A stretch of DNA of 64,000 nucleotides, taken from NCBI GenBank assembly GCA_003971905.1, contig RSEE01000097.1, positions 62,001 to 126,000 on the forward strand. Direction: 5' to 3'. The stretch comes from Moniliella sp. 'wahieum' (taxonomy: Eukaryota). The position numbers and the translations under genes were made by a program. The notes beneath the pieces are model-generated. The model was not told the DNA's origin, ran no database searches, and worked only from the letters and a program-made list of their open reading frames with translations. Numbering within the stretch: the first letter of the stretch is position 1; each line of letters begins with the position of its first letter. Below, one piece after another: positions 62,004 to 64,000 of the stretch.

Positions 62004-64000
62004 TGTGGAAAATGTGGGTGGGAGTACGCAAGAGGTACTGGGGAACGATGGGGAGGGATAGGGCGTTTTCTGGGCGCGGGGAGGGGGCTTCTTATACTGC
62101 TACGGCGGGAATGCCAGTGTGGGTGCATCATCCTGGCCATCGGCAGCAGAGCAGGGAGCCGGCGTGGGTGCTCAGGCTGAGCGGGGAGGCCGGCGGAGGA
62201 TTGTGCAAGAGGCAAGTGCTGGACGCTGGCCAGAGCTGGCGATGGTGGGTCGACATTCGCCTTGGCCGCTGAGCCAGAAGGAGCAGTTTAATTGGGAGGT
62301 TTAACTTCAGCCTGGCATGGCGCCAGTGTCACCACCCCTCCTCTTCCGGGCACAGGGGCACTCTTCGGTCCGTGCACACACCCTAGGTTGTGAGCGCACC
62401 TGTGCGGCCGGCGCTACCAGGCACTGGCTGCCCATCATATGATCGGCCATCGATCCATCCTGCCTCCCCATCTTGCCAGATCGGCCAGATCCACACCGGG
62501 CACCCTCTGCCATCACTAGATCGCCTATCATCTTCCCTTCCATTTCTTCTGGCTCGAGCGCGTGAGCTAACCTCGCCCCTCCTCGTGAATATCAAACTGC
62601 ATAGCTCAGCACACGCACCACTCAGTCTCAGTGGGCAGCTGTGCCTACCGCAGCCAGCAGCTACACCACACCAAATTTCAACCCAAGTGGGCGCAGCTCC
62701 ATCGAAAACCCAAACTTCCGCATTCGAAGGGCACACCTCATGGTTGACATGTTGACATTCAATATTCAATGACCTTACTTCTCTCAGCGGGCCTCGCCTT
62801 CAGGTCAAAACGTTGCAGGGACCGTGGAACCGACGAGAGCTCGTTCTCAAAAGCATTGGCAGCAGGCTTAACTGTGCCTCTTGGAACTTAGTCTCAGATC
62901 TCAGTTGTCACGGGCCTAGCTAGCGAGGCGGGGATGGGGAATGGATATGGTATTCCAGAGCTATACTAAGGAGAGCCAGACCTATGGGCCGGTATATAGG
63001 CGCCGGGTTCGGAGGCAGTGGAAGCTCGTGGAAGGTCCGGGACGCACTGCCCCTCCGGTGCACTGTGCGTATCGGGCCACGTGTCACTGAAGGCCGATGG
63101 GCTCTGGGCCACTGGGCGGTCAACATCAGTTGGGAGTATGTGACAGTGGGGAGAGCATCGAAAATAGCCACATCCCTGGGTGTGTGCTGCGCGCGAGAGT
63201 ATATGTGAGCCCCTCAATTCTCTTCCTGAGGTCTTCCAATACCGTAGAAAAGCCTTCCCATATCGGCCTTCAACTGCTTTACAGACGAAGATCGATCCGA
63301 TTATCAGGGATTGTCGCTTGTCAACATAGCCTAGGTACACACACGCCAGATAGTTGATCGCGGTGCCACAGTTATCCGCTAGAGAATCTTGCTGTTGTCG
63401 AGGAAAGAATATTGGAAGGAATGAGACTGCACAGTGGCCGCGCAGCAAACCGGCTTGGGTCTACGGGTGCGACTAACTTCCAGTGCGACACCATCCCAGC
63501 CCTGTCTCTTGCGTGTAATTATTTGATTCCGGGCGGTGGATTCTTCTCCCTTTGGGGCTTCTGGGTGAAGCTCGAAGTGCGATTACTTTCGTGGAAGAGA
63601 TGGAACTTATGCGGAGATTGTGATCAGCTTGATGGTTATCGGTTATCGGTTACCGGTTATGAGATGTCTTGCAAACCCACCCACACAGAAGGATCAGATT
63701 GATCACAACATCAGATGTGCTATACCCCAGATTGAGGAAAATGGCGTCGTCTATAACTGGTATCGCCATACTCCTCACATAATCCCACGGTCCACTACTA
63801 GCCTCATAACCGACATGATAATCTCTCTCTGTAGTATCTCTGGGGGGTAGGCACCCTAAGCGGGACCCCCCCCCCCCCCCCCCCCACCGATGTAGACTTG
63901 AGGCTGAACGGATGGGTACTTGGCGTACTCAGGCCTGTTGTGGAGGCAAGATGGAGAACCCACCGCGTTTCAGACCCAAAGGTCCCTAGCACTAAGCTGG

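Noticed and set aside
1..64000. Frameshifts in nearly all genes, suggesting mass pseudogenisation or programmed frameshifting
   Set aside because: They affect essential genes (RPS19, CCA1) and are mostly single-base losses in short runs with motifs otherwise intact. Uncorrected long-read errors explain this best.
1..64000. Pheromone precursor (CAAX), STE3 receptor or homeodomain genes, and tRNA/rRNA genes
   Set aside because: None recognised by eye. Very short pheromone ORFs could have been missed.

Overview
Eukaryotic DNA, most likely a basidiomycete fungus: short GTRCGT/GTATGT...YAG introns, an MP88-type mannoprotein and basidiomycete-type Far1. Nearly every gene is split by 1-nt indels, including essential RPS19, CCA1 and PDC, so this looks like an unpolished long-read assembly and the gene models below are stitched across frames with approximate boundaries. 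Genes in order: 3' end of an LRR/F-box-like protein; SH3-RasGEF (Cdc25-like); kynureninase; a UBL-domain protein; an NAD(P)-binding protein; Far1/Ste5-like RING-PH-vWA copy A (+); NDUFAF8-like; Pps1-like dual-specificity phosphatase whose catalytic Cys reads as Ser; RPS19; Far1-like copy B (-); a truncated CRE-clade (RLE) non-LTR retrotransposon; an orphan ORF; MP88-like GPI mannoprotein; Cbp6/UQCC2-like; CCA-adding enzyme; G-protein gamma; aldo-keto reductase; DHA1 MFS transporter; pyruvate decarboxylase. The most striking unexplained signal is in the intergenic DNA: many short 7-bp-period arrays of T(G/C)A plus a 4-bp palindrome, using at least 13 of the 16 possible palindromic cores and switching core in phase within single arrays. 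Also notable are the inverted Far1 paralog pair and the local concentration of pheromone/MAPK signalling genes.
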